A DNA stretch of 64,000 nt from Botryllus schlosseri (lineage: Eukaryota), in the NCBI GenBank assembly GCA_051294905.1, contig CM119380.1, positions 19,778,001 through 19,842,000 on the forward strand. The letters are read 5' to 3'. Made by a program: the position numbers and the translations under genes. Shown here in pieces: positions 1-13,872 of this stretch. The notes beneath the pieces were generated by a model. That model made no database searches and was not told the DNA's origin. It saw nothing but the letters and a program-made list of their open reading frames with translations. Numbering within the stretch: the first letter of the stretch is position 1; every line of letters begins with the position of its first letter.

Positions 1-2888
1 ATCTCAAAAACCTGCCCGGAATTCGGCATTTGCCGTTCGTTGAATTGATCCCGATACAATGCCCGGCAGCGCAATGCTATGCATTTTTGGCAGTCTTATT
101 TCTAATTAACCTGGCCGATGTTGAAAATGAAAATGGGTTTTTATTGAAGTACTTTGCAAGCCCTTTCCGATGATGTGTTCATTATAGGAATTGCAAGTGA
201 GGTACAATTTCAAAAACCCGCCTGAAATTTGGCATTTGCAGTTCATTGAATTGATCCCGATACAATGCCCGGCAGCGCAATACGATGCATTTTTGGCAGT
301 CTTATTTCTAATTAACCTGGCCGATGTTGAAAATGAAAATGGGTTTTTATTGAAGTACTTTTGCAAGACCTTTCCGATGATGTGTTCATTATAGGAATTG
401 CAAGTGAGGTACAATCTCAAAAACCCGCCTGAAATTCGGCATTTGCCGTTCGTTGAATTGATCCCGATACAATGCCCGGCAGCGCAATGCAATGCATTTT
501 TTGGCAGTCTTATTTCTAATTAACCTGGCCGATGTTGAAAATGAAAATGAGTTATTATTGAAGTACTTTGCAAGACCTTTCCGATGATGTGTTCATTATA
601 GGAATTGCAAGTGAGGTACAATCTCAAAAACCTGCCCGGAATTCGGCATTTGCCGTTCGTTGAATTGATCCCGATACAATGCCCGGCAGCGCAATGCGAT
701 GCATTTTTGGCACTGTTATTTCTAATTAACCTGGCCGATGTTGAAAATGAAAATGGGTTTTTATTGAAGTACTTTGCAAGCCCTTTCCGATGATGTGTTC
801 ATTATAGGAATTGCAAGTGGGGCACAATCTCAAAAACCCGCCTGAAATTTGGCATTTGCCGTTCATTGAATTGATCCCGATACAATGCCCGGCAGCGCAA
901 TACGATGCATTTTTGGCAGTCTTATTTCTAATTAACCTGGCCGATGTTGAAAATGAAAATGGGTTTTTATTGAAATACTTTGCAAGCCCTTTCCGATGAT
1001 GTGTTCATTATAGGAATTGCAAGTGAGGTACAATCTCAAAAACCCGCCTGAAATTCGGCATTTGCCGTTCGTTGAATTGATCCCGATACAATGCCCGGCA
1101 GCGCAATGCAATGCATTTTTTGGCAGTCTTATTTCTAATTAACCTGGCCGATGTTGAAAATGAAAATGGGTTTTTATTGAAGTACTTTGCAAGCCCTTTC
1201 CGATGATGTGTTCATTATAGGAATTGCAAGTGAGGTACAATCTCAAAAACCCGCCTGAAATTTGGCATTTGCCGTTCATTGAATTGATCCCGATACAATG
1301 CCCGGTAGCGCAATACGATGGATTTTTGGCACTGTTATTTCTAATTAACCTGGCCGATGTTGAAAATGAAAATGGGTTTTTATTGAAGTACTTTGCAAGC
1401 CCTTTCCGATGATGTGTCCATTATAGGAATTGCAAGTGAGGTACAATCTCAAAAACCCGCCTGAAATTCGGCATTTGCCGTTCGTTGAATTGATCCCGAT
1501 ACAATGCCCGGCAGCGCAATGCAATGCATTTTTTGGCAGTCTTATTTCTAATTAACCTGGCCGATGTTGAAAATGAAAATGAGTTATTATTGAAGTACTT
1601 TGCAAGACCTTTCCGATGATGTGTTTATTATAGGAATTGCAAGTGAGGTACAATCTCAAAAACCTGCCCGGAATTCGGCATTTGCCGTTCGTTGAATTGA
1701 TCCCGATACAATGCCCGGCAGCGCAATGTGATGCATTTTTGGCAGTCTTATTTCTAATTAACCTGGACGATGTTGAAAATGAAAATGGGTTTTTATTGAA
1801 GTACTTTGCAAGCCCTTTCCGATGATGTGTTCATTATAGGAATTGCAAGTGAGGTACAATCTCAAAAACCCGCCTGAAATTTGGCATTTGCCGTTCATTG
1901 AATTGATCCCGATACAATGCCCGGCAGCGCAATACGATGGATTTTTGGCACTGTTATTTCTAATTAACCTGGCCGATGTTGAAAATGAAAATGGGTTTTT
2001 ATTGAAGTACTTTGCAAGCCCTTTCCGATGATGTGTTCATTATAGGAATTGCAAGTGAGGTACAATCTCAAAAACCCGCCTGAAATTTGGCATTTGCCGT
2101 TCATTGAATTGATCCCGATACAATGCCCGGCAGCGCAATACGATGCATTTTTGGCAGTCTTATTTCTAATTAACCTGGCCGATGTTGAAAATGAAAATGG
2201 GTTTTTATTGAAGTACTTTGCAAGCCCTTTCCGATGATGTGTTCATTATAGGAATTGCAAGTGAGGTACAATCTCAAAAACCCGCCTGAAATTTGGCATT
2301 TGCCGTTCATTGAATTGATCCCGATACAATGCCCGGCAGCGCAATACGATGCATTTTTGGCAGTCTTATTTCTAATTAACCTGGCCGATGTTGAAAATGA
2401 AAATGGGTTTTTATTGAAGTACTTTGCAAGCCCTTTCCGATGATGTGTTCATTATAGGAATTGCAAGTGAGGTACAATCTCAAAAACCTGCCCGGAATTC
2501 GGCATTTGCCGTTCGTTGAATTGATCCCGATACAATGCCCGGCAGCGCAATGCGATGTATTTTTGGCAGTCTTATTTCTAATTAACCTGGCCGATGTTGA
2601 AAACGAAAATGGGTTTTTATTGAAGTACTTTGCAAGCCCTTTCCAATGATGTGTTCATTATAGGAATCGCAGGTCAGGCACAATCTCAAAAACCTGCCCG
2701 GAATTCGGCATTTTCCGTTCGTTGAAACTGATTCCGACGCAATGGTCGACAGCGTAATGAAATGCTTCATTGGTACTCGTAATCGTACTTAACCAGGACG
2801 AAGTTGAAAATGAAAATGGATTTTTAATAAAGCACTTTGCAAGCTCTTTCCGATGATGTGTCCATTGGCGGAATTGTATGTCAGGTAC
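1..2888. repeat. Tandem satellite, 206-207 bp monomer, 13 homogeneous copies plus one divergent terminal copy; array continues off the left edge
   Basis: The motif atctcaaaaa(c/ccc) recurs at 1, 207, 414, 621, 827, 1033, 1240, 1446, 1653, 1859, 2065, 2271, 2477 and 2683. The unit at 2683-2888 keeps the register but is heavily substituted, and a weak remnant starts at 2889. Confidence 0.97.
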
Positions 2889-4038
2889 ACTCTCAAATCC
2901 AGTGTGAAAATAGACATTTGCTGTACATCGGCAGTTCGGTACTCAAACAAGAGCGAAATATAGCGTAAAAGTTGCTAATCTTATTCAAAATTAAGCAGGA
3001 CAGTATGCCCGAATGTGTATTTAGTGAAAATCGGAATATTTCGACACAGGATAGATCCGTTTCAATGGAGCAATCGGCGAATCGTCAAGTTGAGGGTTAA
3101 TATTTCGTCATGTCAAAAATCGTGTTTCACATGATCACAAAGATTTCGCCGAAATTTCGCCAGGACGACTTGAGTGTTTTCAACATAGCATTGATGGGCT
3201 GGCATGATGGCCAAGATCACATGACACTCAGTATGTTATCTTGTTTAGTACGGAAACACAGGTAAAGAGAAAAATGTTAAAGTTTTCTCTTGGTAAATTT
3301 TACTGCGCAATAAAGATCAGGCAACTCGATTGCCAACTCTATTGTTGCTATAGTGAGTTATGGGTCCAGACTATTGTGATAGTGTCAGTCGAAAATTGGT
3401 CTATTGGACGTCAATAATATTGCAATTGAACAGTATAGCAGTGAAGTATCTGAAAGATCAACAGTATGGAAAGGGTGGACCGATATGATTTGGTCTTGGA
3501 AGCTGCTACCACCCTTCACAAAACACGATTAAACAGATAATATTGTTAATATCCAATAATAATAAGTAGAAATAACAAAATGGGAAAATGAAAAAAAATC
3601 AACTTCCGGTTCTAACTGGATGTATTAGTTCGAAATAACGTGGCAAGTTTAGTCATATAATGAAATAACAGTGTCCTTTGTTCTATATGTTTAGCATATA
3701 CCTATACATGATACCCCCTATGGAATTTCGATTCATTTTTTGAAATAGATACTGCGCGATGAAAGCTTTTCCGCCTAAAATAATCAAGTAATTAGCCTAA
3801 ACAGAAAGTTCTTCAAGACGTTGCCACCAATTCCACTCTGGCGTAATACACTGTATAGTATTATAGTAAAAAACAAACAAGTTCAATGACCTGTGCAAGA
3901 AGACTTGCACCTATACTACTTGAGCACTGCATGGTAGTTTGAATGAATGCCAGTGAAGTCGGTTCTTGACGAATTTCGGATTAGTAACATAGCAATTGTT
4001 TCCCATGAACACTTGAAAATTTATTGCTTTGAGAGAGA

Positions 4039-4450
4039 GGGTAGGGACGTTAGGGTTGGGGGTGAGTTAGGGTTGCTTTACTTTTCATTCAGTGTGCGTA
4101 CTTCTTCTCTACTTAGTCTATGTCAAGGTGGGTGTCTGATTCAAAGACTACTCCAAGTCGTTTCGCCACCTTCCTATCTTTTCATTGTATCACAGTTTTG
4201 TGGCGTTTTGAAATGATGAAATTGTTGATAAACTGATATAGGCTACTCCTATACTGATACTGTATCCATAACCAATACCGCCAACCCTAACAAAGTTCAT
4301 AACTCCTAGCTGTACCCTAATGTCCCTCACTCAACCCTAATATCCCTCGCCCAAATCCTAATGTCGCTATCCCAACCTAACCATAAAATCCCTAACCCCA
4401 ATGATAACCTCACCCTAATGTCCCTAACGCGTCTCACACCGTAACCCTAG
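4039..4450. repeat. Degenerate telomere-like minisatellite: TTAGGG arm on the left, CCCTAA arm on the right, with a dispersed repeat in between
   Basis: TTAGGG at 4050 and 4067. CCCTAA at 4285, 4315, 4335, 4390, 4413 and 4422, embedded in a ~20-nt accctaa(t/c)gtccct motif that also occurs inverted in the left arm. Confidence 0.7.
4081..4240 (+). repeat. Dispersed repeat family R1 (ttcattcagtgtg...gggtgtctgatt...ttcctatcttt...ttttgaaatgatgaaa)
   Basis: Homologous copies at ~22370-22455 (+, partial), ~45270-45390 (-), ~49610-50130 (+, split by a SINE) and ~51110-51180 (-). Confidence 0.8.
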
Positions 4451-4601
4451 TATTCCCCCCCCCAAAACCAAGCCTTTGACCATCCCTATACAGCCAGGTC
4501 TCCCTACTAATTTCAGATTGACAATTTCTTTTCTTTGTTAGGTTAGGAAGTGAGCAGGACTGCATTTAGTTTATTTTTAGTTTTTTTAGCCACATCTTGC
4601 A

Positions 4602-7600
4602 ATGTCCTTTTTGGACGAGCAGAAACTCTACGATGACCACAAGTACCGCAGCTACGCAAGCCAAATCGAGAAAGCCTTGAAGAATTTCGAGTATTCGACA
4701 GAGTGGGCCGATTTGATCTCTGCTCTCGTCAAATTGAACAAAGTACTACTGTCGAACACGTCTTACAAGATTCTCCCCAAACGAATCACCATAGGAAAAA
4801 GACTTGCACAATGCCTCCATCCTGCTTTACCAGGCGGCGTCCACATAAAAGGACTTGAAGTATACGACACTATTTTTAAGATAATTGGTCAGAGACAATT
4901 GGAAATGAATCTTCACATATTTGGTGCGGGGCTATTCTCTCTTCTTGCAAATGCATCTATGCAAGTGAGACCGGTTTTGCTGAATGTGTATGAAACCCAT
5001 TTACTGCAGCTTGGAGAGAGATTACGTCCAAGCTTGGATGGTATGCTTCTTGGATTATTATCGGGTCTTGAGGAAGGGTCTGAGCATTTCGATAGGATCA
5101 CACTGCTGCTGAATACGATATCGAAAAATGTCGGTCCGCAATATTTCTACAGCAGCTTGTGGCGGTGTGTCCTATGCTCTCCGACTGGATCTATTGTTCG
5201 TCTAGCAGCTGCCCAGCTGGTTTTGAGGTAAGTTATCTATCGAATGTTCTAATAGATGCCATGTTATAGAGGACTCAGCAATGGCGGGTTTGCTAAAAAA
5301 CAATATTCGTTATTTTATGCATCAAGCTTGATATTGATGCTTAAGTTTCTCCATATATCTTATCGGAATTCCACATCAATGGAGCTATCAATTGTTATAA
5401 TTATTTAAAAATTGGCGGAAGCCTCAAAAAATTATTCATTTTTAGCATTTAGACCCGCTGATAAAGACATTGAAGTAGGCAGTATATCATAACATGATGA
5501 AATAATTTAGTATTGAATTCGAAACTTGTTACGATTTAACTCCCAGTCACAATGTTGATGTCGTGCTCAAAGCTCCAAGTGCATTAATAGGGTACGGTAC
5601 ATACAATATACATCTCATAGATAGATTATCATCATGAGCCTCCGCTGGCTGCTAGCCATCCGAATTCACCGCCTTGTTGTCTCAGCTACAATATGATACG
5701 TCGCTCCTGAGGTATGAGGAAAATGTATTTACAACACTGTGTGGCAGATTTTATACCCTCGTTCATCTTGCAGACGGCCCATATAGTCATTTCTAAGGTA
5801 TTTCTGGTTTCCAATTGAAACCATTGCACTCGGTCTATATTTAAATATTCTGGTAGGATGTTGAGGAAGGATTGTGGAATATGTTTGGGCCTTACAGGCT
5901 GAGGAGAATACCATTTTTGATTTTTCCACTCATAGGCACATGTCGGAGCATATCTGTCAGTAGGTAATCGACAGCGATGTAATTGGAAAATTTTCATTTC
6001 AGACAATTTGACAAAAAGAAAATGACAGACGACCAGCTCCATCTCATCGGGCTCGACGTCGATATAATGATTCACGCTCTATGCGAAGCGCTACAAGACG
6101 AGAACGTACTAACGCAGAGAGCCACTCTCGATGTTCTAATCTTCTGCCTCCCCCTGTCGTCGCTACCAGTTTCAAAATCCGACGCCCAGCAAGTTATGTC
6201 TTGCGCGGTAAATATATTACTGCGCAGGGACATGTCTCTGAACCGCAGACTTTATTCGTGGCTGATGTGCATAGACCTGACAAAGTCTAGCAGCAGCACT
6301 ACAAGTGCGTCGTCCGAGTATTTCGAAAAATATGCGCAAGAAATTTTGACCAACGCGTTACGCGACGGAATTTCGACGGGCATAACTGAGTTTCGGGGTG
6401 CCTGTTGCGTCAAGACCGCGAATTCGTTGATCGGTACGGAAGTAAGATTGCTACGTATCTTCACTAGTCTTCTTGATAAATCAGATATCGGACCGGTTGT
6501 GCTGAACGATATAATGCCGGGATTAATTCGTTTGATTGAAACCGTAGATAACACTTATAGAAAAGTTCTATCCGCTGATCATCGGTGTAAAAAGTGCGTT
6601 ACGACACAGTCTTCGCACGATCGTTGCGGCCGGGCTTTGTCAGAATTCGTTAAACTAGTCAACCTGTTTGTGAACTCTTTCGAGAGCGACTATATCTGGA
6701 ATGTACTCGGGGAATATTTTGTGCAATCGTGCGTCGCGTCGACCGACCGTTTGGAACCGGACGAATCCGTCTTTGCTGTGTCGGAGATTTGCGATGTGAT
6801 AAAGTCCGTTCTCGACATCGTGTCGATAGAGACAATCGTAGACATTCAGACGTTGTACCTTCCCGAGTTACTCAACAAATTGTTTGTGCAATTGACGGTC
6901 AGCTGCGGTACCATGTCCGAGGAAGACGTCGCCAATTGTCTGCGTATCTCCACCGCGATGTTGAACCGCATTCAGCCCGTTCGCAACGAACGTGAATCCG
7001 ACGACTCGGCGATGAAGTCGCCTATTTTGTCTTGCGTCAAATCATTTCAGGATTTTATCGCCAATTTCGTATCTTCTAAAATCATCAGCGACGTAGATGG
7101 TATGTCGCGGTTTATTGAAACCATAAAGAAACCTTTGCCTTCCCCTATCTCGGATAACGCGTGTCGAATCGAATTCAAATCGTGTGGCAGCTCAAATTCA
7201 GTGCTGTTGGAAGCTTTCCAAGATTCCTGCCGGCTTTTAATAGACATCAGTTGCTTCCCCACGTTGTCTACGCCGAATGCTGTTCGTTCGTCTAACGAAA
7301 CTCGTTCCGACGCTGTCCCTCAATGGCTACTTTGCCTTATGGCGTGCTCCTGCCATAAAGAAATCAAGTCTACGCCGCCTGGCTCCACCGAGGAGTCCGA
7401 TTACTTTTACGAGATTAGGAAATCCGCGTGTTCCGCCGTGCTGGAATTGCTGGCGGCGTCGCGGGCGCATCACGGCAACAACGGTAGCGCTGCGGCTGCC
7501 GTTATTTCCGTAGTAGTGCCGGCACCGTTGACGGCGAACGAAATCGCATTTGTGTTTGAACAAACTGACTTTGTCGAAAAGGCCGGAGCAATTCTTTGGA

Positions 7601-10600
7601 ACGAACTAGCGGATGAGCCTACAGGCCGCAACAGGTCTGCACTGCAGCGCTGGTCACTGTCTCGAAATCTTGTCGAGTTGCATGAACTCTGCCCATCGGA
7701 CGCTGTGGAACGTCTGTTGCTAGGCGACTTGCTAGACTTAGATCAGGCTAAGCGGGTGGCGGCAATTGAAAAGTTTGCAAAGCTCTGGCGTCACATGCGA
7801 GCGGGCTCGCGGAATCGCGGCAAGGACAAGTGTCTGAGCCGGTGCCTTTTCGCGGTGCTAGACCAGCTTGACGCAGGCCGGTGCGCTCCGTTTCCATGTC
7901 GGCCTGGTCCGAAGGACCAAGGAAATGCGCTAGCGTCTACAACGGTATCGGTTTGGTTACGGCAAGCTTTGGAGGAGGGAGACTTACCTCGCGTTTTAGA
8001 GCCTTATTTTTTGATCACGCTCGAGCAAAACACAAATCGCAAGTCGCTGCAATACGTTCTCCGCGACGCGAACTCTACTGCGCCCGACGAAGACAGGATA
8101 GACGACTTTGTTCGACGTCACGAAGAAAACACACAGGGCGCCGCCTGCCAGACTTGCATCGACTCCGAGGGCGAATTCGACGAGGCGCCTTTTTCGTGGG
8201 CCGACTACCGGGGCTTGTCGGCCGAGTCTGCGATTTCAACCGGACTGTGCGAGGTACATCGTCAGATAGACAGAGAGAAACGCCGGTACGACCGTCTTGT
8301 AGCTTTACTCACGCTTTCGGATGATCTCGAAAATGCTGACGCGTTCGCAAGTTCCGAGGAAGAAGACTTGAATTCATGGGCGGCCGGGTTTGTGAGCCTG
8401 GTTATCGCGCAAGCGATGCGGCATTACGAGGCTGGTTTAGGCGATAATGACGATAAAAACAACAATGCAGATGACAATTCTTCCGCCGGTTCTTCGCTCG
8501 CGACAGAAGCTATTGAACTCAATACGTCTTTCGTGACCAACGAAAACCCCTTGTTCAGTCATGTTTTGATTTATCAAGAACAGTTCGACGCCGGTCGCGT
8601 GCTGTATGGCTTGCGGGCTGTTCTCACTATCGCTTCTGCGCATCCATCTGTATTTATATACTCGGCATGCACCACTTCGTTGTCGTCGAGCGAAAGTTCT
8701 TATTCGAACCTCGTGCAGGAACTCCTGGTTAGGCACGAGAGGTCGATCGAACAGGGCAGGTCTTTTTATGAGGCGACGCCGGCCAGTTTGAAAGGCGCCA
8801 TGAAAAACCGAATGCTGATCGAGGCGCTGATCTCCGTGTGTCTGTACTATTTGAGATCGGCGTTTCGGCACGATGCCAAATCGAACGGCGCCGATTCGAA
8901 CCACGAGATACACACTGTCGCCGCCAGGCTGTTGAAATTTATAGTGAGAGAGCTTAGGAATTTAGCGCGAGAAGACGTGGCCCGTGCAAAAGGGCCGAAA
9001 TCGTCTTCAGCGAAGCAGTTCTCTGCGTACGTCGTACTGGTTTTGCAGCGGCAGCAAGTGCAGAGCGTGGCGTTAACGTGCCTCTTGACGACGATTTTCG
9101 CTCTAAAAAACCACGGGCGCCTGGCCGAAGACGAATACAGCCTGTCGAACTACTCGGGGCACGATGCGAACTTGAATTTTGACGAGGAAGCCGCGCGTTT
9201 CGGCCGTAGCGATAATTTAGTGGAGAGGTACCTCGGCAACGACGTGGCGCACATTGCCGCCATGTTTTCACACTTTTTGGAACTCGTTTTCGAGCTGGTG
9301 ATGCTCGAGAGGTACGCGTTCTCGAAAGACCGCAAGCCTCACAGTACAAATAATGATGAACCTGCGGGCAGCCCTGGCGTGGTCATGAACAAGAAACGCG
9401 GCAGTCTCGTCAAGCCCACATTGAAGAGATCACACAGGCTGTTCAGTCATCTGCTGTCCGCTTCGCACCAGTATGACTCTGACCTGCCTTTAGCCTCACA
9501 AAAAGTCTTTGTGTCTACCGTTTTAGAAGTTTACCGCTTGGAACACCACCCCTCGCTTCACCAGGAATGCTCGATCGGCCTACACTCGGTTTTGGACTGC
9601 CTGGGATCTGCTCTTTCCGGCACGGTGCTACCAGTCTTGCTCCAACAGTGTTTAAATCTAGAGAACGCAACCAAAATGATATTGAAAGGATCACGACCGT
9701 CGCTGCCTCCGTGCTATCTCGAAAATACGATCGGCAGTATCGTGAGACTGTGTCATTACTGCTTGTTGACAGAATCCAGTAACGGGAATGAAAAAATATC
9801 TGCTGACAACCTACAGGCTGACTCGATATCGCTGGTGTCCTCCAAAACCACACAATCCACTGGGAATTACAGTCTCGGATGGTTCAATTTGCTGAACGTT
9901 TTCAGCATGTCCAACGGGAACAAGTCCACGTCCGTTTCTAATGACGTGGACTGTTCGGACGGCGTGCGGTCCGCCAAGATTTCAATTCTCAATAACTTGG
10001 CGAGGATAGTGTCTTGTGTGTGTTTCCTATGGAAAGACATCGTCATGGCAAATGCGGACAGGCTAGTATCTGGTGACGAAGTCAAAGGCGTTTCTTATGC
10101 TATACTACAGCTTTTGGGCCCGATGGCTTTTCGCTACGGCGAGTATTTGCTGGTGGCTTTCTCACTGGTGTGGCAGGACCGCGAAGTAGACAAGACCCCG
10201 TCTGATTTCACAAAATCGATGCTAACCTCGTCCCTGGCGAAGCCTAATCCGAGCTTGGATCATATTATTGATCTCTTGATGGCTGTCAAACTGCTATCTG
10301 CAGAAATGTTCTTCTCCCTCGTGAAACAAGTCATCAGAAACCCACCGCCAACGGCCAATGAACGAAAGGACACTAGCCTACACGAAAGCCTGTTGCAAAT
10401 GCTGCTGTTTTACATGAGAAGGCTGAAGCCCGGAGCCCTGCTGGAAAACTGGAGCGGATTTCTTCCGATAATGCAAGAAACTCTGGCGATAGGACCGGTT
10501 CAAAACAACCAATGCTATTTCACGGCGGACAACCCCGTCACCGCAAACTGCTACTTTCTGCTCATGTATGTAGTGGCGGAGTATGTAAAGCGCGCGGTCG

Positions 10601-12303
10601 CTTTTACTGGGAAGAAAGAGCAGAAGGAACTGCAGGACATTGTGGCGAAATGTGTGGAGGCTTGTAACGTAATCGCCGGGTCTTCTCTCGAGCAAGGCAC
10701 GTGGATTAGAAGAACAGTTTCGGTGCTGCCAGGTCCGCAAGCACCCGAAACTTCTGTGAAGACGCACAGAAAAACGGAATCGCAATCGTCTCTCGACTTG
10801 ACCGATGCTAACGCGGAAACGCAAAACGAGCCGCAACTGCACGCGTCTTCCTCCGACACTATGGTCGCGGTTTTGGGGCAGAAATCAGAGGAGAATAAGA
10901 ACCGGGCGGAATCCGAGGGGCTCGCGAGGCCCACGTCGCTACACCAGATCGCTCAGCCCGCGATAAGCTCTGTGAATCTGCGGAATAGCGTGAAAGCGCT
11001 GAGTGTTCTCGCGGAGGTAGTCGCTAATTTGCTTGACGTTGTCTACAGCAGTGAAGAGAAGGAAAAGATTGTCCCGATCCTAGTGCCGATCATGACTAAT
11101 GTAACACCGTATTTACGAAATCACAATAAAGACAACAGCCCCAGTTACGGCGCCTGTGTGTCGCTGCTGTCTAGCGTAAGCGGGTTTCAGTACACGCGGC
11201 GCGCCTGGCGTAAAGAAGTGATCGAGCTGTTCATGGACGGCGCGTTTTTTCACATGCCGCCCGGGTGTGCGGACGATTGGAGAAACATAGTCGACAACCT
11301 GATGACTCACGACAAGCTCACATTCAAGGATATTATGTCGAGAACTACGCTTTCTAAAACCGGTGGTTCCACGCCGACGCTAAGTTTGTTTTCAAACAAA
11401 GAGCAAGAGCTGGAGTTGCGTGCGTTGCACATCAAACGGCTGGCTTTCATCGTGTTTAGCAGCGAGGTGGATCAATATCAGAGGCAGTTGCCGGAAATTC
11501 AGGAACGCCTCGCCGAAAGCTTGAGGCTGAACAACATCCCTGGGGTACAGTGCAGGGTGTTTTTGTGTCTCAGGGTTCTGCTAGTACGTATTTCCCCACA
11601 CAGCCTGACGTCTCTGTGGCCAACGATATTCACAGAGCTTGTCCACGCGATGACGCAGCTCGAGCAAGCCCTGCAGCCGGCCGTTAATACTGAAAGCAAA
11701 AGGTCTCGGTTTAGGGCTAAGCTCGGAAAGGCTACGTCGCAGAGTAGCGTCGATCGCAAAACTGTGATGACTTGTTGGGACGATATGTATTTAGCGGCTT
11801 GCAAATTGTTGGACTTGATCTTGTGCTTGCCTTCTCGGTGTGTGCCGCAATTTCAGTTGTTCAAATGGAGCTTTGTTGGCGATGTCACAGTCGATGCGAC
11901 ACAAAGTGACTCTATGACTAATCATTACCATCCTATCGACAAAAATCAGCCTAGCGGCGCTGGTACTCCGGTCGACATCGATCCTGATAAAATCGAAACC
12001 GGCTTTATACCGCACTGCGTGCGTATACACAAATTGTTTTGCGAACTATATCCAAGCCGGCGAGAAAGACGATTGACGGTCGTACCGCAAAAACCACTTC
12101 TTAACGTGACCAAGCTTCGGTGTTTGGAGCAGCTTCACCCGTTTTTTAACACCATCACCTCGCCTGACTATTTACTGAAAATGCAGCGTTCCCAGGCGTC
12201 GTCTCAGCAAGACTACAAGTCGCAGATTGTGCCCAACTCGCAATTGCCGCTGCCGTTAGTTGAGCGGACTTTGGAGAGAGATTTCGTGAGGAACATGCTG
12301 TGA
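4602..12303 (+). CDS. DOP1: Dopey family protein (DOP1A/DOP1B-like, endosome-Golgi trafficking scaffold), ~2308 aa; exons 4602-5227 and 6003-12303
   Basis: Dopey N-terminal motifs (KYRSYASQIEKALKNFEYSTEWADLISAL, KRLAQCLHPALPGGVH, LLRRDMSLNRRLYSWL) and C-terminal motifs (IVDNLMTHDK, KRLAFIVFSSEVDQYQ). The donor AG|GTAAGT at 5228 and acceptor TTTCAG| at 6002 join in phase 2 to give ...QLVLR/QFDKKKM... Confidence 0.95.
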
Positions 12304-13242
12304 TATTTCAAAAGAGTAAAACCAATCTGATCTAATAGCTATTGATGATGTATGTTCAATGATATGTCAGTAGAATTTTACACTATTTATCCGTTATAAC
12401 GCTTTTTCAATGATTATATTTCTTAGCAAAGTTATGAAATCCTTTTCATTTGATTCATCAACTAGACATATTCGGTGAAGTATCATTCTTTGCACATATC
12501 CAGTTATATTTTGCGACACTGGTACACAGACTGCTTTCACAAAAATCGTAAGCAATGCTGGTTGATAGCCCGTACGTGTGTAAAATTATATTTATGTTAC
12601 GAATTATCGAAATAAGTTTCCGATTTATTGATTGCAATCTGTGTGTGTCTAATGTTTACTACCAGTTCCTCTGCATTTCACTAAACGTACCGATGATATC
12701 ACATAACAGCAATATTTCCTCACTGTGTACGTGACCAATGTCTATCATTTCCATATTCCTCTTGAATATATCATAAACAGAAGCGCCTAAACCTTTGTTG
12801 TCTGTATTTTGCGAGTCTTTAGTTTGAGGTCAAGATATTGATTGTTTGAATTTGAGTTCAGCTCCATAGCAAACTACTGCTCAGTTCAATGGACCACTGT
12901 CTGCCAATGCTTAGTTGATAGGCTTCCAAATTTATCATCAAGGAGATCTAACCTTCATCAATGTTCTGTGATTTTCATATGCTACTGGCATCTCGGAAAG
13001 TTCAATACGTGTAGGTTATCTCCGCATCCGAATCACCGAGTATACCGCTTGGGATCTAGGGTCTTACGTCATATGCATTATCCCCTGGTTGTAGCCAGTG
13101 ATGATCCACATTTTCTGCGTGAAGCAGTCTGAAACTGGTGTTGAAGCATCAAAGCCTGCTACTAGAATACCACCATGTCTTCATAACAACACACCGGTTC
13201 ATGCCAAACCCAGACAGATCGATATTTCAGATACACATATAT

Positions 13243-13587
13243 TAGGGTTACCATACGTCCTATTTTAAGACTATTTGTCCTCTTTTTTTTCACAAAATTG
13301 AAAGTGTCATCGGAGTACGCCTAAATGTCCTATTTTTTTAGAAAAAGTTGACTGGAAGGTAGAATTGGTAACCAGAACTGTAAAAAAGTGGGTAATGCGG
13401 GAGTCGATCAGAGTGACCTTTTTTTTTCAATACCTCAAAAGTATCGTAAAAACGGGGTTTTAGGGAGTCACGACAAAGTGATGACCTTTTTTATAGTCAA
13501 CACAGAAGTTTTGGTAGAAAATTTGCAAATTTACCACTTTTCTTATAAGTGTCCTCTTTTTTCGGATCTTAAAATATGGTAATCCTA
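13243..13587. mobile_element. hAT-type MITE
   Basis: TIR tagggttaccata / tatggtaatccta; 8-bp TSD ACATATAT at 13235-13242 and 13588-13595. Confidence 0.9.
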
Positions 13588-13872
13588 ACATATATGAGAT
13601 AATAGGATCAATTAAGCATATAGCTACAATTAAGCATATAGTTAAAGTTCCATTTTAGATATTAGTGGAGGTAGATCCCACCCCATACCGCATCATTCAA
13701 TCTGTTACCCTAACCCCAATGAAATGTCGCTCGAAAACAACATTTCCCATTAAGATCTTGCGTACGAAAGGCACGAAATTTAATAAATCAACACTGAAGA
13801 TATCTTGTGTAACAAAAGTAATATAATTTTAAACAAGACAAGACTGCATAATTCCAACACAAAGAAACCACG

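Noticed and set aside
191-2649. Repeated 62-aa ORFs in the tandem array (MQVRYNLKN...)
   Set aside because: They begin at TTG rather than ATG, are frameshifted in every C-type monomer, and are a by-product of the satellite sequence.
1-2682. CRISPR array or CENP-B box in the tandem repeat
   Set aside because: The units are whole-length near-identical with no unique spacers, and the context is eukaryotic. TTCG and the following A match the CENP-B box, but the required CGGG is absent.
6081-12030. Many short overlapping ORFs on both strands within DOP1, and similarly within the TRF and SDHA exons
   Set aside because: They are shadow frames of GC-rich coding sequence with no recognisable motifs.
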